Below the pieces are notes generated by a model. It saw only the letters and a list, made by a program, of their open reading frames with translations. It was not told the DNA's origin and did no database searches. A stretch of 64,000 nucleotides of DNA from Lama guanicoe (Eukaryota): positions 1,345,520 through 1,409,519 of the forward strand of contig MU053561.1 of assembly GCA_013239625.1 (NCBI GenBank). Reading direction: 5' to 3'. The position numbers were made by a program, and so were the translations under genes. This document shows positions 63,774 to 64,000 of this stretch, one piece after another. Positions within the stretch are counted from its first letter, which is position 1, and each line of letters starts with the position of its first letter.

Positions 63774-64000
63774 CTGGCAAGGAATAAAACAGAATTTTAG
63801 AACACAGTCCTAGGAAACAGAAGAAAATAAGAAAAAAAAAGCCTCTATATCATACCAAACAGGATAAAACCTGAAAAAGTTGGATGTTTATAAACATCTT
63901 GCAAATACATAGGAAGCACACAACAAATACGTGCCACTCTGTAGATACAGCCCAGTGTACGGTGGCTGGGAAGAGACAATGTAATCACAGTCTTTGCACA

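Noticed and set aside
1..64000. CRISPR arrays, operons or other prokaryotic systems
   Set aside because: The sequence is mammalian; there are no regularly spaced direct repeats or long ORFs.

Overview
This is AT-rich mammalian genomic DNA, most likely from a camelid (alpaca, camel or llama). That assignment rests on a tRNA-Ala-derived simple SINE of the Vic-1 type and young L1 3' ends. The window is dominated by transposable elements: nested LINE-1 of many ages, L2, MIR, MaLR LTRs and DNA-transposon MITEs (MER53, MER47/Tigger, MER96B, MER63, MER3, MER81). It also holds a U6 snRNA retro-pseudogene and one 111-nt assembly gap. I cannot support any intact protein-coding gene; the supplied ORFs are decayed L1 ORF2 pieces or chance ORFs. 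It looks intronic or intergenic, with a few well-formed short exon candidates (mostly minus strand) and two repeat-poor blocks (~9.6-10.0 kb, ~12.8-13.9 kb) carrying HOX/PBX-type motifs. The most unusual features are: (1) a ~110-bp CpG-rich insert of unknown origin in an ancient MLT1 LTR, lying inside the window's longest ORF; (2) a ~190-bp local segment copied into the middle of an L1 3.8 kb away; (3) a U6 retrocopy and a twin-primed, 5'-inverted L1 abutting at one target site; (4) an L1 body followed by two different 5' ends. I found no clear new multi-gene system. Repeat family names come from recalled consensus sequences, and repeat boundaries are approximate.
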